From Burkholderiales bacterium (GTDB taxonomy: Bacteria > Actinomycetota > Thermoleophilia > Gaiellales > Gaiellaceae): a stretch of DNA of 34,429 nt. Below are positions 16,253 to 24,666 of this stretch, piece after piece (positions within the stretch are counted from its first letter, which is position 1; the number at the start of each line of letters is the position of its first letter). Both the position numbers and the translations under genes were made by a program. The notes beneath the pieces are model-generated. The model worked only from the letters and a program-made list of their open reading frames with translations, was not told where the DNA came from and ran no database searches. The stretch spans positions 1-34,429 of the forward strand of contig JAICUZ010000001.1 of the NCBI GenBank assembly GCA_025935595.1. Direction: 5' to 3'.

Positions 16253-17038
16253 CTAGAACCTGTCGAGGCTCCCTGCGCGGCGAGCGGATCGTTCGAAGTA
16301 GCGCAGCATCGCGACCCCGATCGTGAAGTAGACGGCACCGATGAGGGCTTCCTTCCCGACCGCACCGAGCGCGTCGTGCAGGGTGCCGCCGGCGGCGAGC
16401 GCTCTCGCGGCGCGAATGCCGTGGGTCAGAGGGATGTAGTTCGCGAGAACCTGAAGGCCGTCGGGGAGGCGTGCGAGGGGAACGTTGGCGCCGGTGACGA
16501 TCAGGAAGACGCCTGAAAGCGTGTCCGCGAACAGGCTGATCGAGCGCGTGCGGAATGCGAGCGATCCGATGCACAGGCCAAGACCGGCGCAGGCGAAGCA
16601 CGACGCGAGCAGAGCGACGGCGATGCCTGCGAGCCTGCCGGCAGCGATGTGCAGGTGAATCATCAACGCGGCGAGCGTGTACGAGAGTGCCGCGACGACG
16701 AACCCGTTCACGATTGCCGGAAGCGCGCGTCCCAGGAACAGCGCGAGCCGGCTGGCAGGGGAGGCGAGGAGCGTCGGCAGCGTCTGGTACCGGCGTTCAC
16801 CGCCGATCGACTGGCCCATCCCGAACATGCCGGCGACGGCAGCCGCGACGAAGGCGTTGCCGACGAGGAAGAAGGTGTCGTTCGCGGTGTCGGCCGCGCG
16901 GCCGAGGTAGACGAAGTACATCGTCTGGAACACCGGGTAGGCGACGAGGATCGACAGAAACGCCCACGGGTTGAGCCAGTTGAAGAGGGCGCGGTAGCTG
17001 GTCAAGCCGCCTGCGAAGAAAACGCGGAGGTTGTTCAT
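16253..17038 (-). CDS. ABC-2 type transporter permease
   Basis: The ATG at 17038 overlaps the stop of the upstream permease (ATGA). The protein is polytopic, about 6 TM, 261 aa. The remaining 5' part of the track ORF is an overlap artefact. Confidence 0.75.
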   Translation of the reverse strand: MNNLRVFFAGGLTSYRALFNWLNPWAFLSILVAYPVFQTMYFVYLGRAADTANDTFFLVGNAFVAAAVAGMFGMGQSIGGERRYQTLPTLLASPASRLALFLGRALPAIVNGFVVAALSYTLAALMIHLHIAAGRLAGIAVALLASCFACAGLGLCIGSLAFRTRSISLFADTLSGVFLIVTGANVPLARLPDGLQVLANYIPLTHGIRAARALAAGGTLHDALGAVGKEALIGAVYFTIGVAMLRYFERSARRAGSLDRF

Positions 17039-17799
17039 GCGAGCTTGAGCGTCGCCCGGTCGCGGGCCAGGTGCTCGAAGACCGCGAGGCAGGGGATCGC
17101 GATCGCGATGTAGACGACGCTGAGGCCGAAGCACATGCCGATGTCCGGCCACGGAGCTTGTGCCGATGCAGCCTCCCGCAACGCACGGAAGCCCCAGGTC
17201 GGGGCGAGCAGCCAGGAGATCGGTCGGAGCCAGCCGGGCAGGACCGAGAACGGGAGAATCAGCCCACAGGCGATGTAGACCGGGTACTGCAGGCTGATGC
17301 CGAGGTAGAACGCCGCCCGGTAGAGGACGAACGTCGAGGCCGCGATCAGCCCGAGCGTGCCGATCGCGAGAATGCACCCCACACCGGCGGCGATGAATGC
17401 GGGCCAGTCGTCGATGAGGACCGGGATTCCGAATACGAGACGCCCCCACAGCAACGTGAGGAGTAGGCCGTAGACGCCGAAGACCGCCCGGGAGATCATC
17501 ACCGGGCTGACCAGGACCACGAGCGGAGTCGGTGCGCCGACCACGAGCTCGAGCGTCCCCTGCTCGCGCTGCGTGTCGAGCGCGAAGCCGGCGCCGAGAA
17601 TCACCCAGCCCCACATGATCATCACCGCCGCCCCGAGCGACGCGGTGAAGAGTGCCCGCTCGCCCGAAGCGTGCCCGAGCAGCAAGTACGCAATCGAGGC
17701 GAAGACCAGCGGCCAGACGAGCATCCCGACCATGTCGAACGGCGTGCGAATCAGTTGCAGCAGGTCGACCCGAAGGCCGCTCGCGAACGCGCGGATCAC
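17035..17799 (-). CDS. ABC-2 type transporter permease
   Basis: A 254-aa polytopic protein. Its start overlaps the stop of the ATPase gene, in the same operon. Confidence 0.75.
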   Translation of the reverse strand: MIRAFASGLRVDLLQLIRTPFDMVGMLVWPLVFASIAYLLLGHASGERALFTASLGAAVMIMWGWVILGAGFALDTQREQGTLELVVGAPTPLVVLVSPVMISRAVFGVYGLLLTLLWGRLVFGIPVLIDDWPAFIAAGVGCILAIGTLGLIAASTFVLYRAAFYLGISLQYPVYIACGLILPFSVLPGWLRPISWLLAPTWGFRALREAASAQAPWPDIGMCFGLSVVYIAIAIPCLAVFEHLARDRATLKLA

Positions 17800-18764
17800 G
17801 GTTCGCTCACCAGCTGGACGTAGGCGTCCTCCAAGGTCGGCTCTCGGGCGGTCACGCTCGTCACCTGCGCGCCCGTAAGCGTGCCGAGGAGCGGTTGGAT
17901 CAAAGCGGCCCCCTCTGCCGACTGGACCGAAAGCACCTGTGTCTGATCGACTGCCTCGACCGCGAGCGACTCGACGCCGTCGAGTCCGCGCACTGCTTCG
18001 GGCGCGGCATCACTGACGTTGAACGCGACCACCTCGATCACCGTGCGGTCACGCACGCCCGCTTTCAGCGATCTGGGTGTCCCTTCGGCCACGATCTGCC
18101 CCTTGTTGATCACCGCAACCCGACTGCAGAGCTCGTCGGCCTCGAACATGTAATGGGTCGTCAACAGGATCGTCTTGCCGCTGTCGCGCAACGCCGCCAC
18201 CGTCTCGCGTAGCTCCCGCGCTCCGACCGGGTCGAGGCCGATCGTGGGCTCGTCGAGGAAGATGACTTGCGGGTCGTGCAGCAGGCCACGCGCGATGTGC
18301 AGGCGCTGGCGCATGCCACGGGAGTACGTCTCGACGCGGTCTCGCTCACGCCCGGTCAGACCGACCAGCTCGAGCAGCTCCGCGATCCGCTTCGCCTTCT
18401 GGCGCGCCGGGACGCGATACACATCGGCGAAGTAGCGTAGGTTGTCGAGCGCAGAAAGCCGGTCGTACAGGCCGCGATCGCCGCCGAACACATACCCGAC
18501 GCGCGACCGCACTTCGTTCGGCTCTCGCACTGGGTCGAACCCGAGGACGCGCACTGATCCGGATGTCGGAAGCAGCAGCGTCGTCAGGATCTTGATCGAG
18601 GTCGTCTTCCCGGCGCCGTTCGGCCCCAGCAACCCGAACAGTTCGCCGTCCTCGACCGAGAAGCCGACCCCACGCAACGCGTCGACGACGGTCACAGCGC
18701 GACGGAACGTTCCTTGCCGGGACCGGAACGATCTCGAAACTGCGTTCATCTCGATCGCCGGCAC
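17796..18764 (-). CDS. ABC transporter ATP-binding protein (DrrA/daunorubicin-resistance-like exporter ATPase)
   Basis: Walker A GPNGAGKTT, Q-loop, signature YSRGMRQRL, Walker B VIFLDEPTIGLD, H-loop TTHYM, plus the C-terminal domain typical of DrrA-like proteins. Confidence 0.9.
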   Translation of the reverse strand: MPAIEMNAVSRSFRSRQGTFRRAVTVVDALRGVGFSVEDGELFGLLGPNGAGKTTSIKILTTLLLPTSGSVRVLGFDPVREPNEVRSRVGYVFGGDRGLYDRLSALDNLRYFADVYRVPARQKAKRIAELLELVGLTGRERDRVETYSRGMRQRLHIARGLLHDPQVIFLDEPTIGLDPVGARELRETVAALRDSGKTILLTTHYMFEADELCSRVAVINKGQIVAEGTPRSLKAGVRDRTVIEVVAFNVSDAAPEAVRGLDGVESLAVEAVDQTQVLSVQSAEGAALIQPLLGTLTGAQVTSVTAREPTLEDAYVQLVSEP

Positions 18765-18790
18765 CCGGTCACTGTAAGACTGGCGATCGG

Positions 18791-19381
18791 ATGGCGTCAG
18801 GGATGAGCACGCTCGACTGGTGGTGGTCGCCGCACCCGTCGTGGGAACCAGGCGAGGACTGGGACGAGAACGTCCCGGTCGTGCGGATCGAGAGTTCCGA
18901 CGAGGTGGTGCTGATCGACCCGTTCCTGCCGGTCGTCGACGCGTTCGACCCGCGCGGCAAGGCGGTGCGCGTGCTGCTCACGCAAGGCGCGCACTATCGA
19001 GGCACGCCCGACTTCGTCGAGCGCTATGGCGCGTCGGTCTGGGGCCCGCCGAAGGCGCGGTGGCCGCCGAAGCTCCCGAACCCCTCTACGACGACCGAGC
19101 TGCCTGCCGGCGTCGAGGCGATCGAGCTCGACGGCGAGCCGCAGCAGGTCGTCTTCTGGATTCCCGAGCACGCGACGCTCGTCACGGGCGACGTGATCAG
19201 CGGCAGCGGCGAGCAGGTGCACGTGTTCGTCGACGAGGCCGACGCGTCGCGTCTTCTCCCGGCGCTCGAGCGGATCGCCGAGCTGCCGATCGAGCGGCTC
19301 GTCATCCCTCACGGCGCGGTGCTCGAGCCCGACGGCGCCGCGCATCTGCGCGCTGCCGTCGCCACAACTCGCGGCGGCTAG
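18791..19381 (+). CDS. MBL-fold-like protein with degenerate metal motif
   Basis: Length and layout resemble small MBL-fold proteins (VVLIDPF...VRVLLTQGAHYRG...TLVTGDV...VIPHGAV), but the HxHxDH position reads TQGAHY. Function is unknown. Confidence 0.45.
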   Translation: MASGMSTLDWWWSPHPSWEPGEDWDENVPVVRIESSDEVVLIDPFLPVVDAFDPRGKAVRVLLTQGAHYRGTPDFVERYGASVWGPPKARWPPKLPNPSTTTELPAGVEAIELDGEPQQVVFWIPEHATLVTGDVISGSGEQVHVFVDEADASRLLPALERIAELPIERLVIPHGAVLEPDGAAHLRAAVATTRGG

Positions 19382-19394
19382 GATGGCGCCGCTC

Positions 19395-19483
19395 GGAGGG
19401 GTGTCCGAGCGGTCTAAGGAGCGCGACTGGAAATCGCGTACGTGCCGAAAGGTGCGTCGAGGGTTCAAATCCCTCTCCCTCCG
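19395..19483 (+). tRNA. tRNA-Ser (anticodon GGA), class II, no encoded CCA
   Basis: Acceptor GGAGGGG/UCCCUCC (one G-U pair), D stem UCC/GGA, anticodon stem CGCGA/UCGCG with loop CUGGAAA. Long variable arm. T arm GAGGG-UUCAAAU-CCCUC, discriminator G. Confidence 0.9.
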
Positions 19484-19488
19484 CTGCC

Positions 19489-19514
19489 GAAAGCCCGCCG
19501 CCGCGCGGGCTTTC
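19489..19514 (+). terminator. GC-rich hairpin between the two tRNA genes (processing or terminator-like element)
   Basis: GAAAGCCCGC-cgccgc-GCGGGCTTTC is a 10-bp perfect stem. The only T residues are the TTT inside the stem end, so it is weak as an intrinsic terminator. Confidence 0.35.
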
Positions 19515-19548
19515 GTGTCCGGAGGGCTTGGGTACGATGCGCGCGCCC

Positions 19549-19639
19549 GGAGAAGTGGCCGAGTGGCTGAAGGCGGCGCCCTGCTAAGGCGTTAGGTGGG
19601 GAAATCCCTGCCTCGAGGGTTCGAATCCCTCCTTCTCCG
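19549..19639 (+). tRNA. tRNA-Ser (anticodon GCU), class II, no encoded CCA
   Basis: Acceptor GGAGAAG/CUUCUCC, D stem GCC/GGC, anticodon stem GCGCC/GGCGU with loop CUGCUAA. Variable arm is about 22 nt. T arm GAGGG-UUCGAAU-CCCUC, discriminator G. Confidence 0.9.
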
Positions 19640-19766
19640 CCTCCGAGGTCCGCGCCGCGCGAAATCACCCTTCTGGTTGATGCGCACCAGTCCATTCGTA
19701 GAGCAGGATGCCCTTTGCCGGCTCCCCCCTGACACTGTCCGGCGGACTGACGTGACTGCGGCGATG

Positions 19767-19798
19767 CCCGCCCCTCCCCCGGGCGGGTTTCGTCTTTT
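19767..19798 (+). terminator. rho-independent terminator
   Basis: CCCGCCC-ctccccc-GGGCGGG is followed directly by TTTCGTCTTTT. It lies about 128 nt downstream of tRNA-Ser(GCU) and just before the convergent cytochrome c stop codon. Confidence 0.6.
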
Positions 19799-19810
19799 CC
19801 GGGGTGGGTT

Positions 19811-20347
19811 CTAGGAGTTGTGGGTCGCGGTGAAGACGTACGCCGCGACGTCCTGGATCTGCTTTGCGGACAGCTGGCCCTTGAACGCAGGCATCGGGCC
19901 GCCGCCGTTTTCGACCTGCGTCACGATGCGCGCCTCGGGAGGCTTCAGCTGGTCGAGATCCGGCCCGATCGTCCCGTGCGAGCCCGCGTCCTTCAGCGTG
20001 TGGCAGCTCGCGCAGCCGGCGCTTGCGAACACTGCCTTGCCCGCGGTCGCATCGCCCGTCGCCGAAGGCGCAGCCGTCGTCGTCTGAGCCGTCGTCGTTG
20101 TCGTCTCATGGCCCTCGCCGGCGGCTTCCGACTTCTCCTTGCCGAAGATGAGCACCGCGGCGAGCATCGCGACGAAGAACAGCACCGCGATCGTCAGGTA
20201 GAGGCCCATGAAGCGACCCGGGAAGTTCGGCATGCGCCGCGGGAGGACGAAGGACGACACGAGCGCGAAGACGATGAACGCCGCGCCCACGACGGCCAAT
20301 CCGACCTTGTGGCCGCTCGACAGCTCGGCGACGACGAACGCAAGCAT
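19811..20347 (-). CDS. membrane-anchored class I c-type cytochrome
   Basis: Two N-terminal hydrophobic helices, a Thr/Ala-rich linker (HETTTTTAQTTTAAP), the haem-binding motif CASCH, and a distal Met in GGGPMPAF. Confidence 0.8.
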   Translation of the reverse strand: MLAFVVAELSSGHKVGLAVVGAAFIVFALVSSFVLPRRMPNFPGRFMGLYLTIAVLFFVAMLAAVLIFGKEKSEAAGEGHETTTTTAQTTTAAPSATGDATAGKAVFASAGCASCHTLKDAGSHGTIGPDLDQLKPPEARIVTQVENGGGPMPAFKGQLSAKQIQDVAAYVFTATHNS

Positions 20348-20373
20348 CGAGGCAGGAACCTACCGAAGTACGG

Positions 20374-21111
20374 CTACGAGAGTGCCGCTTTGCCTGCGCC
20401 CGGCTCTTCGACGCCCGATTCGGGTGTGCCGACGGGCTCGGGACGCTCGGGGCGGAGGTACAGCAACTCGTACGCGCACGCCGCGATCACGCCACCGGCG
20501 AACGGGCCGACATACCACACCCAGAAGTGGGCCCAGTGGTTGCCTGCGAGCTGCGGGCCGAACGCGCGCGCGGGGTTCATCGCGCCGCCGGTCAGGCCGT
20601 ACGCCATCAGGACGTCGAACGCGATCACGAAGCCGATCGCAAGGCCGGCGACCTGCTTGAAGGTTCCACGCGGGTCGACCGCGCTGGCGAACACGACCCA
20701 GACGAGGAAGAACGTCAGCACCGCCTCGATCACGACGGCTTGGCCGCTTCCGATGCCGGAGCCGAGCGCGGGCGCGCCGAGGTTCGTGGCGGCCTCCGCA
20801 CCGTTCGGGATGACCCACTTGAGCAGCAGCGCGGCGAGGATCGCCCCGCCGAACTGCGCGACCCAGTACACGACGGCGAGTAGCGGCGCGATTCGCTTCG
20901 TGACGAGGAAGCCGAGCGTGACGGCCGGGTTGATGTGACCGCCCGAGATCGGGCCGGCGGCCGAGACCATCACCGCGATCACGAGCCCGTTGGCAAACGC
21001 CAGATCCATCGGCGAGCGCGCAAACGAGGCGCCGCCGGCTGCGATGAAGATGAGGGCGAAGACCCCGACGAACTCGAGGACTCCGCGGCGGAGGTAGTCG
21101 CGCTCAAGCAT
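20374..21111 (-). CDS. MIP-family channel (aquaporin Z / glycerol facilitator-like)
   Basis: Both NPA boxes are present: SGGHINPAVTLG and TGGAMNPARAFGP. Six TM helices. Confidence 0.9.
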   Translation of the reverse strand: MLERDYLRRGVLEFVGVFALIFIAAGGASFARSPMDLAFANGLVIAVMVSAAGPISGGHINPAVTLGFLVTKRIAPLLAVVYWVAQFGGAILAALLLKWVIPNGAEAATNLGAPALGSGIGSGQAVVIEAVLTFFLVWVVFASAVDPRGTFKQVAGLAIGFVIAFDVLMAYGLTGGAMNPARAFGPQLAGNHWAHFWVWYVGPFAGGVIAACAYELLYLRPERPEPVGTPESGVEEPGAGKAALS

Positions 21112-21150
21112 GGGCGCAACGATAGGACCGCCGTCGGACGGAACACGCGC

Positions 21151-21858
21151 TCAGATCATGAACGCGCCGTTGTTCTGGTCGATCGCCTGGCCGGTGACGC
21201 CGACCGAATCGTCGGACAGAAGCCAGGCGACGGTGCCGGCGATCTCGCTCGGATCGCTCATGCGGCGAAGCGGAACCTCCTGCTTGGCGAGCTCCCACGC
21301 CTCTGCTTCCGTGAGCCCCTCGAACAGCGAGAGGCCGAGCCGCGTCATGTCGGTGTCGACCCAGCCCGGGCAGATCGCGTTCACCTGGATCCGCCGCGGT
21401 GCGAGCTCGGCCGCCAGCGACCGCGTGAGCCCCAGCAGCGCGGCCTTCGAGGCGCAGTAGCCCGTGTACCCGGCGACGCCGATCCGCGACAGGATCGAGG
21501 ACGTGACGACGATGCGCCCACCGTCAGCCAACAGCGGCTCGGCGGCGCGAACGCACCAGTACGTGCCGTACAGGTTCGTCTGCAAGATCTCGTCGAAGCG
21601 GTCGTTCTCGCCCGGCTCGTTCGCGCCGCCGATCCCCGCGTTCGCGACGAGGCCGTCGAGCGGCTCCGTGAACGCGGCGGCGACGGCGCCGCGGTCGCTG
21701 ATGTCGACGACGCGAACCGTCGCACCGGCGAGTTGCGGCTCGTCGCGATCGATCAGCGTCAGGCGCGCGCCTTCCGACGCGAGCCGCTCCGCGATCGCCA
21801 GCCCGATCCCACGCGCCGCACCCGTGACCGCGACGTGCCTCCCTTCGAACCGTTTCAC
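21151..21858 (-). CDS. SDR-family oxidoreductase (classical short-chain dehydrogenase)
   Basis: The GTG at 21858 overlaps the MFS stop. Cofactor motif TGAARGIGLAIA, NAGI, and catalytic S...YxxxK in YCASKAAL. The rest of the 648-aa track ORF is an Arg-rich artefact antisense to or overlapping the MFS gene. Confidence 0.85.
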   Translation of the reverse strand: MKRFEGRHVAVTGAARGIGLAIAERLASEGARLTLIDRDEPQLAGATVRVVDISDRGAVAAAFTEPLDGLVANAGIGGANEPGENDRFDEILQTNLYGTYWCVRAAEPLLADGGRIVVTSSILSRIGVAGYTGYCASKAALLGLTRSLAAELAPRRIQVNAICPGWVDTDMTRLGLSLFEGLTEAEAWELAKQEVPLRRMSDPSEIAGTVAWLLSDDSVGVTGQAIDQNNGAFMI

Positions 21859-23105
21859 GTGGCCGAGTTTACGAGCGCAGCGCGCAACGAGGATCGTTCG
21901 GCGAGTGCGGCGACGACGAACGTCGCCGCCGCGACGGTGTCGATCGCGAGCACGACCGCGAGCACGCTGTGCGTGTCGTAGCGGGCGAGCGCCGGGCCCG
22001 CGAGCAGGAGCCCGATCGGCGAGCCGATGCACTGGAAGACGCCGAACGATGCGAGCGCCTGCGTGCGGATCTCGCGCGGGATGCGCAGCGTGATCAGGGC
22101 GTGAACCGGCGTGTTCACGAGTGACGTGAAGAATCCAGCGAGCGCCATCCCGGAGAACGCGACCACCCAGGGCGCGGGGATCGCGAGGATCCACAGCGAC
22201 GCCATCTCCAGCGTGAACGCCGCCGCGCCGAGCGTCAGCGCTTCCACCTTGCGCACGACGACCATCGACACGAGCGCGCCGACGAGCGACCCACCGCCCA
22301 TCGCGCCGAAGAGCCAGCCGAGAATGCGCGGGTTGGCGTGGTAGCTCGACACGACCAGCACCGGCAGCGAGGCGAAGAGCAGCATCCAGCAGATGTCGAT
22401 CACGGTGAACGCCGGCGTCCACAGGCGGAGGAGCTTGTCGCGGGCGATGAACCGGACGCCGTCGAGCACGCCGGTCGGCGGGCCTTCGGCCGTTATCTCG
22501 GGCAGCCGCACGAAGGTCGCGACGAGCAGGAACGACGCGAGGTACGTCGCCGCGTCGACGTAGAGCACGTCGGCGGTGCCGATGAGGCTGATCAGGACCC
22601 CGGCGAGCGGCGGGCCGATGAAGATCGTCGTGCGGTTCGCTGCCTGGAACAGCGCGGCCGCCTGCGCCACGTCCGCCTGCTCCTCGCCGACGAGCTCGGG
22701 CACGACGGCACGCTGGACCGAGAAGTACGGCGCGAGGAAGACGCCGGACACGGCGACGAGTGCCAGCAACGCGGGGAAGGGGAGGGCGCCCGCGGCGTGC
22801 AACACGGGGATCGCTGCGAAGAGCGGCACGCGCGCGAGGTCGCAGGTCAGCATCGTCCGTCGTGTGCCGAGCCGACCGGCGATCGCGCCGCCCCAGAAGC
22901 CGAGGATCGCGACCGGGAGCACCTCGGCGATGATCACCCAGGTCATGCGCTGCGGCGAGCCCGTGTCGCGGAGCACGAACCACGGCAGCGCGAGCCACGT
23001 CATCTGCGTGCCCGTCGACGAGATCATCTCGGCGACGAGCAGGGCGGCGAGCCGGCGGTCGCGGAGCAGGCTCACTTCCCGCTCCCGCGCCGGCCAAGCC
23101 GGCAC
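21855..23105 (-). CDS. MFS transporter (EntS/macrolide-efflux-like, 12 TM)
   Basis: A 416-aa polytopic protein. The N-terminal LRDRRLAALLVAEMISSTGTQMTWLALPW and the loop GAIAGRLGTRRTM (the G-x3-D/G-R-x-G-R-R-like MFS motif) support the call. Confidence 0.8.
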   Translation of the reverse strand: MPAWPAREREVSLLRDRRLAALLVAEMISSTGTQMTWLALPWFVLRDTGSPQRMTWVIIAEVLPVAILGFWGGAIAGRLGTRRTMLTCDLARVPLFAAIPVLHAAGALPFPALLALVAVSGVFLAPYFSVQRAVVPELVGEEQADVAQAAALFQAANRTTIFIGPPLAGVLISLIGTADVLYVDAATYLASFLLVATFVRLPEITAEGPPTGVLDGVRFIARDKLLRLWTPAFTVIDICWMLLFASLPVLVVSSYHANPRILGWLFGAMGGGSLVGALVSMVVVRKVEALTLGAAAFTLEMASLWILAIPAPWVVAFSGMALAGFFTSLVNTPVHALITLRIPREIRTQALASFGVFQCIGSPIGLLLAGPALARYDTHSVLAVVLAIDTVAAATFVVAALAERSSLRAALVNSAT

Positions 23106-23133
23106 CTCCGCTCTTTGACCGGCTCCGTCAAGC

Positions 23134-23631
23134 CTACGCCGGCGGCTCGGCCGTCGCCCCGAAGCTCACGATGACCGTGCGCGTGCCGCGCCGCTCCTCG
23201 CGGCCGCGGTAGGAGTCGAGCAGCGCCTCGAAGCGCTCACCGAGCTCCTCGAGCTCCTTCGTCGTCAGGTCGAGCGATGCCGACGACGTCTGCACTGCGC
23301 GTCGCCACGCGGCCGGCAGCTCGTGCTCGCGCCGCAGCGCGTCGCGCACGCGCTGCTGCTGGCGCGCGACGAGCTCGTCCCGGAGCACGGTCGCCTCGAT
23401 CCCGTCCGACGGAAACTCGATCCGCGTCGCCGTCGCGCGCCACGGGCGCTCGCGGCCCGCGCCACCGGCGCCCTCGGCGACGAAGCCCCACTTCGCGAGC
23501 GCGCGTAGGTGGTAGCTGCACGACGACGGGCTCTCGTCGACGAATTCGGAGCATTCGGTCGCCGTCGCCTGGTCGACGGCGTGGAGGTGGTCGAGGAGCG
23601 CGAGCCGGGTGGGATGCGCGAGAGCGCGCAT
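23134..23631 (-). CDS. ArsR-family winged-helix transcriptional regulator with C-terminal extension
   Basis: MRALAHPTRLALLDHL...ATATECSEFVDESPSSCSYHLRALAKWGFV is the ArsR/SmtB-type HTH. It sits 28 nt upstream of the MFS gene on the same strand. Confidence 0.8.
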   Translation of the reverse strand: MRALAHPTRLALLDHLHAVDQATATECSEFVDESPSSCSYHLRALAKWGFVAEGAGGAGRERPWRATATRIEFPSDGIEATVLRDELVARQQQRVRDALRREHELPAAWRRAVQTSSASLDLTTKELEELGERFEALLDSYRGREERRGTRTVIVSFGATAEPPA

Positions 23632-23662
23632 CGCCCGTGGGTCGGTCAGGGTGAGGGAGTTA

Positions 23663-23694
23663 TCGAAAGAGATCTTTCGAAACTAACGTTTCGA
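23663..23694. promoter_or_regulatory. candidate operator: two overlapping TCGAAA-N6-TTTCGA inverted repeats upstream of the arsR-family gene
   Basis: TCGAAA gagatc TTTCGAAA ctaacg TTTCGA lies in the only AT-rich patch of this region, 32-63 nt upstream of the ArsR start codon. The distal half-site overlaps the last codons of the epimerase gene. Confidence 0.45.
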
Positions 23695-24654
23695 GAGCCA
23701 GGCGTCAAGTACCACCTGTTCCTTCGCCCGGTCGAGCCCCGCGGGTGTCTCCGCCGGCGCGTCGCCGGCGGCGATCCAGGCAAGCGTGTCGCGGACGGTC
23801 TCCTCGAGCGGCCGGGGCTCGAGCCCGGCGGCGAACGCGGGAGAGGGATCGACCGAGAGCATCCCCGCATATGCGGGGTCGTTGAGCCACAGCGGCAGCT
23901 CCATCCACTCCCCGACCTCGTGCTCGGCGAGGAAGGCGCCGTCGACCCAGACGACCTCGGAATCGACGCCGGCCACCCGGGCGCACGTCTCGACGAGCGT
24001 CGACCGCGGGACCGCCCGATCGACCGCGTTGAACGTGCCGGCGAGCCCGCGTTCCGCGGCGCGCACGATCCAGTCGGCGAGGTCGCGCACGTCGATCACC
24101 TGCGCGTCGGCCTCGGGTGGCGCGGGGGCGAGCACGCGGCCGCCGTCGGCGAACCGCTCCGGCCAGTACGTGAAGCGCCCCGTCGGGTCCCACGGGCCGA
24201 CGATCAGCCCCGGGCGCGGGATGAACGCTCCCGGGAAGCGCTCGCGGACGACGTCCTCGCAGTCCGCCTTCAGCTCGCCGTACGCCTCGCGCCACTCCTC
24301 GGTCGGTTCCTCGAGCTCGGCGACGGGCGAGCTCTCGGTCGGCGGCGTCGACACGTCGGCGTAGACGGAGATCGACGACACGAACGTGTAGTGGCCGACG
24401 TCGCCGAGCGCGTCGATCGTCTCGCGGACGATGCGCGGCACGTAACCGCTCGTGTCGACGACCGCGTCGAACGCGCGCCCGCGCACGGCGTCGAGGTTGC
24501 CGTCACGGTCTCCGCGCAGCTTTCGGGCGTCGGGAAACAGCTCGGGCCGCGTCTGCCCGCGGTTGAACATCGTCACTTCGTGACCGCGCGCGAGCGCGGC
24601 GTCGACCGCGTGGCGACCGAGGAACTGCGTGCCGCCGAGAACGAGGATGTGCAT
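23683..24654 (-). CDS. NAD(P)-dependent epimerase/dehydratase-family (atypical SDR) protein
   Basis: MHILVLGGTQFLGRHAVDAALARGHEVTMFNRG is an N-terminal Rossmann GxxGxxG. The 323-aa length is typical of the family. Confidence 0.75.
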   Translation of the reverse strand: MHILVLGGTQFLGRHAVDAALARGHEVTMFNRGQTRPELFPDARKLRGDRDGNLDAVRGRAFDAVVDTSGYVPRIVRETIDALGDVGHYTFVSSISVYADVSTPPTESSPVAELEEPTEEWREAYGELKADCEDVVRERFPGAFIPRPGLIVGPWDPTGRFTYWPERFADGGRVLAPAPPEADAQVIDVRDLADWIVRAAERGLAGTFNAVDRAVPRSTLVETCARVAGVDSEVVWVDGAFLAEHEVGEWMELPLWLNDPAYAGMLSVDPSPAFAAGLEPRPLEETVRDTLAWIAAGDAPAETPAGLDRAKEQVVLDAWLSKR

Positions 24655-24666
24655 AGGCTCAGGCTA

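Noticed and set aside
16123-19639. Possible genomic island integrated at a tRNA-Ser gene. The ABC-2 exporter operon and the MBL-like gene lie between the two similar tRNA-Ser genes.
   Set aside because: There is no integrase, recombinase or excisionase. There is no direct repeat of a tRNA 3' end other than the bona fide second tRNA. Base composition is indistinguishable from the flanks.
21859-23097. The N-terminal 410 aa of the 648-aa minus-strand ORF 21151..23097.
   Set aside because: The sequence is extremely Arg/Ala/Pro-rich. It lies in a different frame over the same-strand MFS gene, which has a clean 12-TM hydropathy pattern. Only the last 235 codons, from GTG 21858, look like an SDR.
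24655-24666. The 12-nt divergent gap between the epimerase and GNAT genes, considered as a regulatory oddity.
   Set aside because: Start-codon choice for both genes is uncertain by a few codons, and nothing structured is visible in the 12 nt. It is not worth a separate claim.
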